From Microbacteriaceae bacterium (GTDB lineage Bacteria > Actinomycetota > Actinomycetes > Actinomycetales > Microbacteriaceae): 64,000 bases of DNA. The notes under the pieces were generated by a model. It did no database searches and was not told the origin of the DNA. It saw only the letters and a list, made by a program, of their open reading frames with translations. Of the stretch, positions 10,872 through 20,352 are shown piece by piece; within the stretch, counting starts at the first letter, position 1, and each line of letters starts with the position of its first letter. The stretch lies in assembly GCA_014377425.1 (NCBI GenBank), contig JACMPQ010000003.1, positions 8,952 through 72,951 of the forward strand, read 5' to 3'. A program made the position numbers and the translations under genes.

Positions 10872-12473
10872 TCAACTCAGCTCGTTCGCCTCCAAAAGCT
10901 CCGTCACCAATGCCGCGATAGCAGAGCGCTCTGACCGCATCAGGGTGATGTGCCCAAACAGGCGGTGCCCTTTCAGCGTCTCAATTACGGAGGCCACACC
11001 GTCGTGGCGCCCCACCCGGAGGTTGTCGCGCTGCGCCACATCATGGGTGAGGATCACCCGCGAATTTTGTCCGATGCGGCTCAGCACGGTGAGCAGCACA
11101 TTGCGTTCCAGTGATTGTGCTTCGTCGACGATTACGAAGGCATCGTGCAGCGAGCGCCCACGAATGTGGGTGAGCGGCAGTACTTCCAGGAGTCCCCGCT
11201 CAACAACCTCCTCCAGAACATTTTGGGAGATTACCGAGCCGAGGGTGTCGAACACCGCCTGCGCCCACGGACCCATTTTTTCGGAGGCATCCCCTGGAAG
11301 AAAACCCAATTCTTGACCGCCGACCGCGTACAGCGGCCGAAACACCATAATTTTGCGGTGCTGCTGCTTCTCCAACACCGCTTCCAGTCCCGCGCAGAGG
11401 GCGAGGGCGGATTTGCCGGTACCGGCACGACCGCCAAGCGACACGATGCCAATCTCCGGATCGAGCAGCATGTCGATGGCGAGGCGTTGCTCCGCCGAGC
11501 GCCCGTGCAAACCGAAGAGGTCGCGGTCACCACGAACCAGCCGCAGTTCACCGCGAGCGGTGACCCGACCGAGCGCCGAACCACGATCTGAGTGGATGAT
11601 GAGTCCGGTATTGATCGGCAACTCGCCCACCAGTCGGGTGCTGAGTTTCTCGTCCTCGTAGAGCTTCGCCATTTGCTCTGAGGTGAGGGTGATGTCATCC
11701 GTTCCCAGCCAGCCGGAATTGACCACCTGCTCGGCCCGATACTCTTCGGCCGCAAGCCCCACAGAGGCCGCCTTCACCCGCAACGGAAGATCTTTCGACA
11801 CCACGGTGACGGCCAGCCCGTCTTTGGCGAGATTCAGCGCTACTGCCAGAATGCGGGAGTCGTTGTCTCCTAATTGCAGCCCCGACGGCAGCACCGACGG
11901 GTTGGAATGATTCAGCTCGACCCTCAGGGATCCCCCCAGCTCACCGACGGCGATCGGCAGGTCGAGCCGTTCGTGCTTGATGCGCAGTTCGTCGAGGTTG
12001 CGCAAGGCCTGCCGGGCAAAGAACCCCAACTCCGGATCGTGTCGCTTGGACTCCAATTCGGAGATGATCACCACCGGTAAAACAACCGCGTGCTCGGCGA
12101 AACGAAAAATCGCTTGGGGGTCGGAGAGCAAAACCGAGGTGTCAATCACGTAGGTGCGCTGGGCGGTCGACTGCCGGGAGGAAGCGGATTTTTCTGGGAC
12201 ACCGGATGACACATTGACTGCTGTGGCTATCGCCGTGGTGGAATTGAATCGATCTAGCCGGTCCGGCTGACCCAACTGGTCCGGCTGGCCTAGCTTGTTT
12301 GACTGGTTGAACGGTGGCACTGGCACTCCATTCCCGGGCGTTAGACGCTCGGATCCTGTCGCACAGACGGCCAGCTTGCTGTTGCTAAACGAACGTACGT
12401 GGCCGTCTCGATCGGACGCCATGTCCGATTCTTCGACGCTACGTCGACAAGGCAGCGCGGCCCAATCAGACAC
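10872..12473 (-). CDS. PIN-domain PhoH-family ATPase (PhoH2 type); start uncertain
   Basis: PIN domain [14 protein letters not shown]...ISELESKRH. PhoH P-loop [20 protein letters not shown] and LTHDVAQRD. The first ~95 aa are low complexity, so the real start may be near 12212 (GTG). Confidence 0.88.
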   Translation of the reverse strand: MSDWAALPCRRSVEESDMASDRDGHVRSFSNSKLAVCATGSERLTPGNGVPVPPFNQSNKLGQPDQLGQPDRLDRFNSTTAIATAVNVSSGVPEKSASSRQSTAQRTYVIDTSVLLSDPQAIFRFAEHAVVLPVVIISELESKRHDPELGFFARQALRNLDELRIKHERLDLPIAVGELGGSLRVELNHSNPSVLPSGLQLGDNDSRILAVALNLAKDGLAVTVVSKDLPLRVKAASVGLAAEEYRAEQVVNSGWLGTDDITLTSEQMAKLYEDEKLSTRLVGELPINTGLIIHSDRGSALGRVTARGELRLVRGDRDLFGLHGRSAEQRLAIDMLLDPEIGIVSLGGRAGTGKSALALCAGLEAVLEKQQHRKIMVFRPLYAVGGQELGFLPGDASEKMGPWAQAVFDTLGSVISQNVLEEVVERGLLEVLPLTHIRGRSLHDAFVIVDEAQSLERNVLLTVLSRIGQNSRVILTHDVAQRDNLRVGRHDGVASVIETLKGHRLFGHITLMRSERSAIAALVTELLEANELS

Positions 12474-12566
12474 GCCCGCGAATGGTTACGCTCCGGTGAA
12501 CTCGAAGTTTCCGAGGGATATCTCCCCGGTGCAGCGCTAAAGGGTGCTGGCTCGGAAGGTGACGAC

Positions 12567-13688
12567 TTAGAGAGTAATCGTGGTTCCAAAGCTCACGAAG
12601 GACGCGCGAAGCATCGCCATCGTCTCGGCGTTGGTGGAGATGTGCGGGCTGAGGCGAACGGCGCCGTCACGCACCGTGGCGGTTACCCCGTGGTTGTAGA
12701 GGGAGGCGGTGAGCACGGTGAGCTGGTCGACCGGAGGTCGCAAGATCACAATGCCGGCTCGCTCGTTATCGGCTCGCGACGAGATGACCGGAATCCCGAA
12801 TTGATCTGCCAGATCAAGAACCTCGCTTACCTTCTCGGCGAGCCGCCCGTTGATCGTCTCGACACCCACCTCGAAAATGTCTTCCAGAGCGGTGGCAAAC
12901 ATGGCCTCGGCGATCGGGCTCGGAGCGGTGATGCTGAATGCTCCGGCACCGCGTCGCGGCGGCAAGACCACGTCGAGCGGAAAATCGTCCTCGGAGGCGT
13001 GGGAGCCGGAGAACACCGGAACCAATTGGTCGACCGCCCGATCACTCAGCGCCATAAATCCGGTGCCCCAGCCCGCCCGGACCCATTTCTGGCCGCCGGA
13101 TACCACCACATCGGCGAGCTCATAGGGGGCGTCAACAATTCCGAAACCTTGGACCGCATCCACAATAAGAAGGCGATCGCCGATCACCTGACGGATTCCC
13201 TCGAGATCAACCAAATAGCCGGTGCGAAAATCCACCAGGCTCACTGCGACGGCACCGCAGTCGTCGGTGAGCTGTTGCCGAATTCCACCCGGCGTGATCT
13301 TGCCGCCGTCACCGTCGAGCCAAACGGGATGTAGTACTGCGAGTGACTCCTGGGCACGCACCGCTGCAAAGGTGATAGCGGGGTACTCGGCCGCAGACAT
13401 TGCCACTGAGCCCCGGTAGCCAAACATGGCGTGCATAAGGCCGGAACTGGTGTTGGGTTGAAAAACGACCTGGTCGGGGCGAAATCCGATGAGTGCCGAT
13501 ACGGCTTCGCGTACGCGCTCGTCTTGACGGTCGAGGGCGTCGAGGCTGCCGAACCGGGCCCGACGCAGCAGCTCGTTGAGCCCGCGCTCCTCCTCGATTA
13601 CGGCGAGACCGAGCGGCCCGACCCGCGCAAAATCGAGGTAGCCGGGTTCCTCATCGAAATCGGCGGTGAATTCGTCAACGGTGTTCAT
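12567..13688 (-). CDS. Class V-fold PLP-dependent aminotransferase / cysteine-desulfurase-like enzyme
   Basis: 373 aa. LLIVDAVQGFG and VVVSGGQKW (PLP lysine context) are typical of aminotransferase class V. Confidence 0.75.
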   Translation of the reverse strand: MNTVDEFTADFDEEPGYLDFARVGPLGLAVIEEERGLNELLRRARFGSLDALDRQDERVREAVSALIGFRPDQVVFQPNTSSGLMHAMFGYRGSVAMSAAEYPAITFAAVRAQESLAVLHPVWLDGDGGKITPGGIRQQLTDDCGAVAVSLVDFRTGYLVDLEGIRQVIGDRLLIVDAVQGFGIVDAPYELADVVVSGGQKWVRAGWGTGFMALSDRAVDQLVPVFSGSHASEDDFPLDVVLPPRRGAGAFSITAPSPIAEAMFATALEDIFEVGVETINGRLAEKVSEVLDLADQFGIPVISSRADNERAGIVILRPPVDQLTVLTASLYNHGVTATVRDGAVRLSPHISTNAETMAMLRASFVSFGTTITL

Positions 13689-13752
13689 AAAATTTAGGCT
13701 AGGGGGCAGTATCCCCGGCGGCCTAATCCCGCCAAAACGGAACTTGACCCAT

Positions 13753-13808
13753 CCTCGAACTACTCAGCCTCCGAACTGCCCAACCTCCGAACTACTCAGC
13801 CTCCGAAC
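13753..13808. repeat. Four copies of CCTC(C)GAAC at a 16-nt period (GTTCGGAGG on the minus strand), spanning the uppS stop
   Basis: Motifs at 13753, 13768, 13784 and 13800. The spacers are tactcag / tgcccaa / tactcag. Confidence 0.9.
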
Positions 13809-14581
13809 CGGCGATGCCGCCGGGCGTAATCTCGAATGGCTCGCAAAAAGTCGACTTCGCGCAGATCGGGCCCGAGCGCTTCCACGAAATAGAACTCGCT
13901 GTGGGCGCTCTGCCAGAGCATGAAATCGCTGAGCCGCTGCTCCCCCGAGGTGCGGATCACCAGATCGGGGTCCGGCTGCCCACCTGTGTAAAGGTGATCG
14001 CCGATCAGTTCCGGGGTGAGAATTTCGGCGAGTGCATCGAGCGCACCGCCCTGGCTTTCATGCGTGCGCACAATGCTGCGCATGGCATCCGCGATTTCTC
14101 GCCGCCCGCCATAGCCGACGGCGAGGTTGACGTGCAGCCCGGTGTTGTCGCGGGTGCGTTCTTGGGCCGATGCGAGGGCAGTTGCGAGAGCCGGCGGAAG
14201 ACCGTCTGCGGAGCCGACGTGCTGGACCCGCCAGTTGCGAAAGTGCGACAGATCGTCGGCGAGGGTGGCAATGATATCGAACAGCTCGGTTAGCTCGTCG
14301 GAATTGCGCCCGGTGAGGTTGTCGGTGGACAGCAGATACAGGGTGGCCACGTCAATCTTGAGGTCGTCGCACCAGACTAAAAACTCCCCGATCTTCACGG
14401 CCCCGGCGCGATGGCCGTGGGCGGCCGTTTCGAGCGAGCGTTGCTTAGCCCACCGCCTGTTTCCATCCAGAATCATGGCCACATGGCACGGCAACGGACC
14501 ATCCCGCAGCGACCGGCGAATTCGATTTTGGTACAGGCCGTACAGCAGCCCGTGCCCCAACTTCATTTGCCTGATCCGCAC
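13796..14581 (-). CDS. uppS: Isoprenyl (undecaprenyl/decaprenyl-type Z-prenyl) diphosphate synthase
   Basis: HVAMILDGNRRWA, YLLSTDN, IRTSGEQRLSDFMLWQ. Confidence 0.93.
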   Translation of the reverse strand: MRIRQMKLGHGLLYGLYQNRIRRSLRDGPLPCHVAMILDGNRRWAKQRSLETAAHGHRAGAVKIGEFLVWCDDLKIDVATLYLLSTDNLTGRNSDELTELFDIIATLADDLSHFRNWRVQHVGSADGLPPALATALASAQERTRDNTGLHVNLAVGYGGRREIADAMRSIVRTHESQGGALDALAEILTPELIGDHLYTGGQPDPDLVIRTSGEQRLSDFMLWQSAHSEFYFVEALGPDLREVDFLRAIRDYARRHRRFGG

Positions 14582-14721
14582 GCTCTAAAACTAGCCCACC
14601 CTCCCGACCGCGATGCTCGCTCGAGGCGGGCAATACACCCCTCCGCACTTCACGCCCAAGACGATCCGCATACCCCCAAGCAACAACGATCCCCGCGAGT
14701 CGGGGCACCTAAACTGGCCTG

Positions 14722-15465
14722 ATGTCACGATCCGATGCGGGTGCTGGCGTCGACCCGGCTGCCGAACCTTCCCCCCTTCCGCCGCTGCCCGAACTTCCAC
14801 TTTTGGATGATGCGATCGACATTGCCGACCGAAAACCGAGCTGGCGCGGCTGGATTCATGCCGGAACGTTTCCGTTGGCCATCGTGCTCGGGGTGGTGCT
14901 GTTGGTGGCGGCCGACGGAGCCGCCGCAACGATCAGCTCCGTGGTGTTTGTGGTCTCCTCGCTGCTGTTGTTCGGCGTCTCGGCGCTGTATCACCGCATC
15001 AACTGGGGTCCGAGCGGTAAGCGCCTGCTCAAACGGATGGACCACGCGAACATCTTTTTGCTGATCGCCGGGTCGTATACGCCGATCACGGTGCTCGCCC
15101 TGCCGCCCGGCAAATCAGGCCTGCTGCTCACCTTGGTATGGATAGGTGCCGGTCTCGGGATCCTGTTTCGAATCTTCTGGATTGGCGCCCCGCGCTGGCT
15201 TTATGTTCCGCTCTACCTTCTGCTCGGTTACGCGTCGTTGGCGTTCACTGTCGATTTCTATGCGGCCAACGCGAGCATGATGACGCTCATTTTGGTTGGG
15301 GGACTCTGCTACACGATCGGTGCGGTGATTTACGCGCTGAAAAGACCGAATCCGTTTCCGGGTGTCTTCGGGTTCCACGAAATTTTTCACAGCCTCACCC
15401 TCGCGGCGTTTTTGTGCCACTGGCTTGCGATTTATCTCGTAGCCACCCATCCGCCGGTTTTTTAG
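14722..15465 (+). CDS. Hemolysin III / PAQR family channel protein
   Basis: 247 aa with 7 TM helices and motifs HAGTFPL, DHANIFLLIAGSYTP and HEIFH. A TAAACT -10-like box lies 6 nt before the ATG, suggesting a possible leaderless mRNA. Confidence 0.88.
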   Translation: MSRSDAGAGVDPAAEPSPLPPLPELPLLDDAIDIADRKPSWRGWIHAGTFPLAIVLGVVLLVAADGAAATISSVVFVVSSLLLFGVSALYHRINWGPSGKRLLKRMDHANIFLLIAGSYTPITVLALPPGKSGLLLTLVWIGAGLGILFRIFWIGAPRWLYVPLYLLLGYASLAFTVDFYAANASMMTLILVGGLCYTIGAVIYALKRPNPFPGVFGFHEIFHSLTLAAFLCHWLAIYLVATHPPVF

Positions 15466-15818
15466 GCGGGTGGTTCTAGCCCGGCGGAGCGATCGGTTTC
15501 TGGCCCCTTAGCTGCCCGATCACCGGCTGCCCGATCCATCGCAGCCTGCTCATTCACCTCGGCGTCGAGCAGTTCACCGATCTCCCCGCGATAGCGCACC
15601 CGACGCACCCGACGGGTCATGTCGAGCAAGAGCAGCACAATCGCGGCCGCCACCAGGAAGATGGCGATGAATCCGGCGACCCCGGGGGTGACTGTGTTGG
15701 TGTCAAACCCATTAGAGCCGCTGTCGCTGGCTGCAGATCTAAGTGCTTCGGATACACGGGCTGCGGATGCACGAACAGCGGATTCCAGAACAGCGGATTT
15801 CAGAACAGCGGCGATCAT
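15462..15818 (-). CDS. Hypothetical single-pass membrane protein
   Basis: 118 aa. ATGA overlap with the mca stop suggests translational coupling. One TM helix (GFIAIFLVAAAIVLLLL). The N-terminus is built from 15-bp repeats. Confidence 0.55.
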   Translation of the reverse strand: MIAAVLKSAVLESAVRASAARVSEALRSAASDSGSNGFDTNTVTPGVAGFIAIFLVAAAIVLLLLDMTRRVRRVRYRGEIGELLDAEVNEQAAMDRAAGDRAAKGPETDRSAGLEPPA

Positions 15819-16747
15819 GCGGGGTTCGTTTCGGTGACCGGCTCATTCGCGCTATCGGCACCGACAACGACACCGGTCTCGTCATCGGTGACCCCGGCGA
15901 AGAGGTCAGTCTCCGGCAGAGTGACCGGAACCAGCGACCAGGCCAGCTCGTAATCCTCGAAGGGCCACACCTCCCGCTGTAGATCGTTGGGCCAGAAAAA
16001 GAAACGGCTGTTGGGGGCCACCTGGCTGGCGTGCGCTCTGAGCGCGTCATCCCTCGTGTCGAAAAAGTCGGCCGCTGCGACCTGGCTGGTGGCAGGCGAA
16101 ACTGCCGGGCGATCCCTCATCCACTCCTGCATCTCCGTCATCTGAGTCGTGCGCTCAGACTCCGGCTCGGTCTCGAGCAACCGGTTGTAAACAGCGTTCA
16201 TGCGGTCGGGATTGAAGATGCGGTCGTAGTAGAGCTTGGAGACAGACCACGGGGCGCCGGCATCGGGATACCGCGTGGGATCTGCCGCCGCAGCGATCGC
16301 ATACACCGTGATTTCGTGGGTGCGAATGTGGTCAGGATGGGGGTAGCCGCCGCTTTGGTCGTAGGTGTGCACCACCTGCGGTTGCAGTTGCCGGATGATT
16401 TTCACCAGCGGTTCGGCGGAGAACTCCAACGGCACCACGGCGAACGAGTTGGCCGGCACGGTTTCACCCTCGCCGGGGAGCCCGGAATCGAGGTAGCCCA
16501 ACCATCGGTGGTCACAGCCGATCGCAGCCGCCGCGGCCGCCATTTCGCGAAACCGCAGCCCCGCCATGTCGCGGTTGGCCATAGCGTGAGGCTCGAGGCT
16601 CTCGTTTTGGATGTCGCCGCGCTCTCCCCCGGTGCAGCTCACCACGGTGACGCTCACGCCGCGGTTCACGTAGTAGGCGTAGGTTGCCGCACCTTTACTG
16701 GACTCGTCGTCGGGATGGGCATGAACGGCAAGCAAGCGCAGAGACAC
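15815..16747 (-). CDS. mca: Mycothiol S-conjugate amidase
   Basis: LRLLAVHAHPDDESSKGAATYAYY and VVSCTGGERGDI match Mca (Rv1082-like). Same synteny with DUF4307 and greA as in mycobacteria. Confidence 0.88.
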   Translation of the reverse strand: MSLRLLAVHAHPDDESSKGAATYAYYVNRGVSVTVVSCTGGERGDIQNESLEPHAMANRDMAGLRFREMAAAAAAIGCDHRWLGYLDSGLPGEGETVPANSFAVVPLEFSAEPLVKIIRQLQPQVVHTYDQSGGYPHPDHIRTHEITVYAIAAAADPTRYPDAGAPWSVSKLYYDRIFNPDRMNAVYNRLLETEPESERTTQMTEMQEWMRDRPAVSPATSQVAAADFFDTRDDALRAHASQVAPNSRFFFWPNDLQREVWPFEDYELAWSLVPVTLPETDLFAGVTDDETGVVVGADSANEPVTETNPA

Positions 16748-16883
16748 AGAACTCCAATAAGAAAGCGAATATCCTTAGGAGTTCAGACTAAACCTCCGTG
16801 GCTGATGTCGCCTTCTCGTGGCGTGGCACGAGGCGAGGTGGTGCGGGATTAGGTAGGGCCGCGTTAGCCAAGAGGGGCAAATC

Positions 16884-17285
16884 ATGCTTACGGATGACGC
16901 CCTCGACGAGCGCTACGGTCGCACCCGCAGTCGCCGACGCTGGAACCGTCGAATCGCCCTGATCGCTGCGGGTGCCGGAGTCTTTGTCGTGGCGTCGTGG
17001 GTGGTCTGGGGCGGGCTGGATGGCGCCTCGACCGCGGTGGACAGCCAAAACACGGCGTACAAGATTTTGAGTGACCGCCAAGTGTCGATGACCTGGCAGG
17101 TGACGCTCACCCCCGGCACCCACGGCAAGTGCGCCCTGCAGGCTCAGAACACCGTACACGCCACGGTGGGCTGGAAAATCGTGGACGTTCCGGCATCCGA
17201 TCAGCGAACACAGTCGTTCACCGGCACCATCAACACCACCGATCGCGCCGTGACCGGGTTGATCTACCGCTGTTGGCTCACGTAA
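16884..17285 (+). CDS. DUF4307-like membrane-anchored protein
   Basis: 133 aa. Arg-rich N-terminus, one TM helix, then a beta-rich domain. It holds the conserved position between mca and greA. Confidence 0.7.
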   Translation: MLTDDALDERYGRTRSRRRWNRRIALIAAGAGVFVVASWVVWGGLDGASTAVDSQNTAYKILSDRQVSMTWQVTLTPGTHGKCALQAQNTVHATVGWKIVDVPASDQRTQSFTGTINTTDRAVTGLIYRCWLT

Positions 17286-17303
17286 GCTACTGCGATCATC
17301 TGG

Positions 17304-17340
17304 GGCCGGCCATTATGTGCCGGTCCTGAACTGTTTTGTG
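17304..17340 (+). terminator. Weak intrinsic terminator after the DUF4307 gene
   Basis: Stem ggccggc/gccggtc (one G-U pair) followed by ctgaactgttttgtg. Confidence 0.35.
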
Positions 17341-17396
17341 CTGCGGCCCCCGCCGTCGCCCGCCCCCTGAACTCGACCCCCGCAAGGAGTTGCCCC

Positions 17397-17888
17397 ATGT
17401 CGACTGAATCGATCGAAACCTGGCTGACCCAGGAAGCCTTTGACCGCCGCAGCGCGGAACTCGATCAGCTCGCAGGCATAGGGCGCACGGATATTGCCAA
17501 GAAAATTGAGGCGGCCCGCGAAGAAGGTGACCTCAAAGAAAACGGCGGCTATCACGCGGCGAAGGAGGAGCAGGGCAAGATGGAGGCCCGCATTCGGGTG
17601 CTCACCGAGCTGCTCCGGCACGCCAAGGTGGGGGCGGGCAGCGACACCCACGGAGTCGTCGAGTCTGGCACCGTGATCACGGCGCTAATCCAGGGCGATG
17701 AAACCGTATTTCTGCTCGGCAGCCGCGAAATTGTGGGCGCCGACAGCGACCTCGACGTGTACTCCGAGGGCAGCCCGCTGGGGGCGGCCATTCTCGGCCA
17801 CCGGGTAGGTGACACCGTGGTGTACCGCGCGCCGAACGGCAAAGACATTTCGGTCAAAGTGACCAATGTCGAGCCCTACGTCGGTTAG
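17397..17888 (+). CDS. greA: Transcription elongation factor GreA
   Basis: 163 aa with WLTQEAFD, AREEGDLKENGGYHAAKEEQ and the C-terminal FKBP-like domain. Confidence 0.95.
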   Translation: MSTESIETWLTQEAFDRRSAELDQLAGIGRTDIAKKIEAAREEGDLKENGGYHAAKEEQGKMEARIRVLTELLRHAKVGAGSDTHGVVESGTVITALIQGDETVFLLGSREIVGADSDLDVYSEGSPLGAAILGHRVGDTVVYRAPNGKDISVKVTNVEPYVG

Positions 17889-17896
17889 TTCGATGC

Positions 17897-19135
17897 CTAG
17901 TAGTCGACCCGCGGGTCGTAGCCAGCTTCGCGCAGCCGCTCCAACACGCCGCGCACGTGGTCCGGCCCGCGGGTTTCAATGCTGAGCTCCAACTCCACCT
18001 GGCTGATCATGGCGTTACGACCGTGGCGGGTGTGCAGCACCTCCACCACGTTGGCGTTGGCCTCGGCGATGAGCTCGGCGACGCGGGCGAGCTGCCCCGG
18101 GCGGTCCGGCAGCATGAGCTTGATTTTGAGGTACCGCTCGGAAGCGGCAAGGCCCCTGGCGATCACCCGCTCCATTACCAGCGGATCAATGTTGCCCCCG
18201 CTGAGAATGACCACGGTGGTGCCGAGGTCTTTCAGCTGGCCGGTGAGCAGCGCGGCAACCGCAACCGCCCCGGCCGGTTCCACCACGAGCTTGGCCCGCT
18301 CGAGAAGCACCAAAAGGGCCCGAGCGGTGTCGTCGTCGGTCACCGTCACGACCTGATCGACGGTGTCCTTGATAATTTCAAAGTTGAGGATGCCGGGGCG
18401 CGCGACCGCGATGCCGTCGGCGATTGTCGGCAGAACCGTGATTTCGGTGACCTCGCCGCGTTCCAGCGAAATCGGGTAGGCCGCAGCGTTGACCACCTGC
18501 ACCCCGATGATGCGCACGACTCGCCCGTCGCGGGCGAAACGCTGCTTGAGGGCGCTTGCAACACCGGAAATGAGGCCGCCACCACCGATTGGCACGATCA
18601 CGGTCTCCAGGTCGGGAACCTGATCGAGAATTTCGAGCCCGAGCGTGCCCTGACCGGCAACCACGTCGCGGTGGTCAAACGGCGGGATGAGCACCGCACC
18701 GTGGGTTTCGGCGAACTCCGCGGCGGCACGAAGCGGCTCGGAGACCGTGTGGCCGCGCAAAATGACCTCGGCACCGTAGTGACGGGTGGCCTGAAGTTTC
18801 GGCAGGGCAACACCGACGGGCATGAAAATAGTGGCCTTGATGCCCAACTCGCGGGCGGCGAACGCCACACCCTGGGCATGGTTGCCGGCAGAAGCCGCGA
18901 CCACCCCGCGTTCGCGCTCCTCGGGGGTGAGCTTCGACAGCCGGTTGTAGGCTCCGCGAATCTTGTAGGAGCCGGTGCGTTGCAGGTTCTCGCACTTCAT
19001 AAACACCGGTGAGCCGAGCAACTCCGAGAGATATCGTGAGCTTTCCATTGGCGTGACATCCGCGACTCTGGCCACGACCGCGCGGGCCGACTCGATTTCT
19101 GCCAGGGTCGGTCCGGCGAGGGTGATCTCAGTCAT
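17897..19135 (-). CDS. ilvA: Threonine ammonia-lyase (biosynthetic threonine dehydratase)
   Basis: FMKCENLQRTGSYKIRGA (PLP lysine), SAGNHAQGVA, and a C-terminal ACT-like domain. The ATG at 19135 overlaps the upstream stop (ATGA). The 19219 extension is rejected. Confidence 0.92.
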   Translation of the reverse strand: MTEITLAGPTLAEIESARAVVARVADVTPMESSRYLSELLGSPVFMKCENLQRTGSYKIRGAYNRLSKLTPEERERGVVAASAGNHAQGVAFAARELGIKATIFMPVGVALPKLQATRHYGAEVILRGHTVSEPLRAAAEFAETHGAVLIPPFDHRDVVAGQGTLGLEILDQVPDLETVIVPIGGGGLISGVASALKQRFARDGRVVRIIGVQVVNAAAYPISLERGEVTEITVLPTIADGIAVARPGILNFEIIKDTVDQVVTVTDDDTARALLVLLERAKLVVEPAGAVAVAALLTGQLKDLGTTVVILSGGNIDPLVMERVIARGLAASERYLKIKLMLPDRPGQLARVAELIAEANANVVEVLHTRHGRNAMISQVELELSIETRGPDHVRGVLERLREAGYDPRVDY

Positions 19136-20343
19136 TCGGCGGTATCTTTTCGCTTTGATTTTGGTTTTGATGTTGAGGCTATCGCCTCTGTCGGTGATGA
19201 AAGAGTCTCGGTGCGCCAACTGCCGTGGGCGACGTGGTTGGCCATGACGTTTACGGTTGCCACTACCGGAACGGCAAATAGTGCGCCCGGGATGCCGGCC
19301 AAGAAACCACCGGCGCCCACCCCGAGCACAACGGCGAGCGGGTGTACCTTTACGGCACTACCCATCACTAATGGTTGCAGCACGTGGCCCTCCACTTGCT
19401 GCACGATCAGCACGCCGGCAAGCATGACGAGGGCGGCCACTGGGCCGTTGAAAATGAGGGCGATGAAAACGGCAACTACTCCGGTGAGCACGGCGCCAAC
19501 AACCGGGATAAACGACCCGAGGAAAACCGCGACGGCGATTGGCACCACGAGCGGAAGCTGAAGAAAGAAGGCGAATGCACCGATACCCACGGCATCGACA
19601 GCGGCCACGAAGATCTGCACCCGCACGAAATTGGTGAGGGTGACCCATCCGGCTAGTCCCGCACCATCCATGGCGGGACGAGCCGCGCGCGGAAACAGCC
19701 GCACGACCCAGCGCCAAATTCCACGTCCATCGATCAGCAGAAACAGGGTAGAGAACAGCGTCAGCAGGAGGCCCGCGAGCACGTGACCGGCAGACGCCCC
19801 CACCGAGAGGGCCCCGGAGACCAATACCCCGCTGTCAGCTTGCGCACCCTTTGCCAACTGCCCGAGATACCCGGTGATTTGCTCGTTGCTGAGGTTGAGC
19901 GGGTCGCCGTGCAAGAAGTTCGTGAACTGCTCAAAGGATGCCACAGCACGCGTTTGCAGTTCGGGAAAGCCGCTGCGAATTTGGCTGACCACGAGCACGA
20001 CCAGCCCGCCGACCACCACGATCAGACCGATTTCGGCGAGCGCAACCGCCAGTGCCTTAGGCCAGCGGTGACGCTGCAGAAAATTCACAAAGGGCACCAA
20101 AAGCGCCGCGAGCAGCATCGAGATCATGAACGGGATGACGATCAGCCGCAGTTGCACCACAAGAAAAATAGCCAGGCCGCCAACACCGGCGATCGCCAGC
20201 GCGCGCCACGCCCACGCTCCGGCAATCTGCATGCCCGGGGGCACAGGGTTGGAAGCAGTCGCAGGAAAAACCACCGCCGATGAACCCCGCGCACGCCCAG
20301 GCACGGGTGCACCCGCTTCTGGGGGTCGGCGGGAGAAAATCAC
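19132..20343 (-). CDS. AI-2E (PerM/YhhT) family transporter
   Basis: 403 aa with ~8 TM helices and a typical AI-2E layout (LLVPFVNFLQRHRWPKALAV; C-terminal IPGALFAVPV). Confidence 0.85.
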   Translation of the reverse strand: MIFSRRPPEAGAPVPGRARGSSAVVFPATASNPVPPGMQIAGAWAWRALAIAGVGGLAIFLVVQLRLIVIPFMISMLLAALLVPFVNFLQRHRWPKALAVALAEIGLIVVVGGLVVLVVSQIRSGFPELQTRAVASFEQFTNFLHGDPLNLSNEQITGYLGQLAKGAQADSGVLVSGALSVGASAGHVLAGLLLTLFSTLFLLIDGRGIWRWVVRLFPRAARPAMDGAGLAGWVTLTNFVRVQIFVAAVDAVGIGAFAFFLQLPLVVPIAVAVFLGSFIPVVGAVLTGVVAVFIALIFNGPVAALVMLAGVLIVQQVEGHVLQPLVMGSAVKVHPLAVVLGVGAGGFLAGIPGALFAVPVVATVNVMANHVAHGSWRTETLSSPTEAIASTSKPKSKRKDTAE

Positions 20344-20352
20344 CTTTTCAGT

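Noticed and set aside
17341-17396. C-rich greA leader (ggcccccgcc, gccccctga, gacccccgc) as a 6C-type sRNA.
   Set aside because: The C runs are only 5 nt and are not placed in two matching stem-loops. This is most simply a GC-rich 5' UTR.
17957-19012. 351-aa ORF on the plus strand, antisense to ilvA. Similar long antisense or alternate-frame ORFs occur at 990..1985, 12399..13334, 23414..24361, 25780..26655, 34997..36010, 43367..44050 and 61644..62411.
   Set aside because: These are typical high-GC shadow ORFs. Their translations are Arg/Gly/Pro/His-rich with no recognisable domains, and each fully overlaps a gene with strong family signatures on the other strand or frame.
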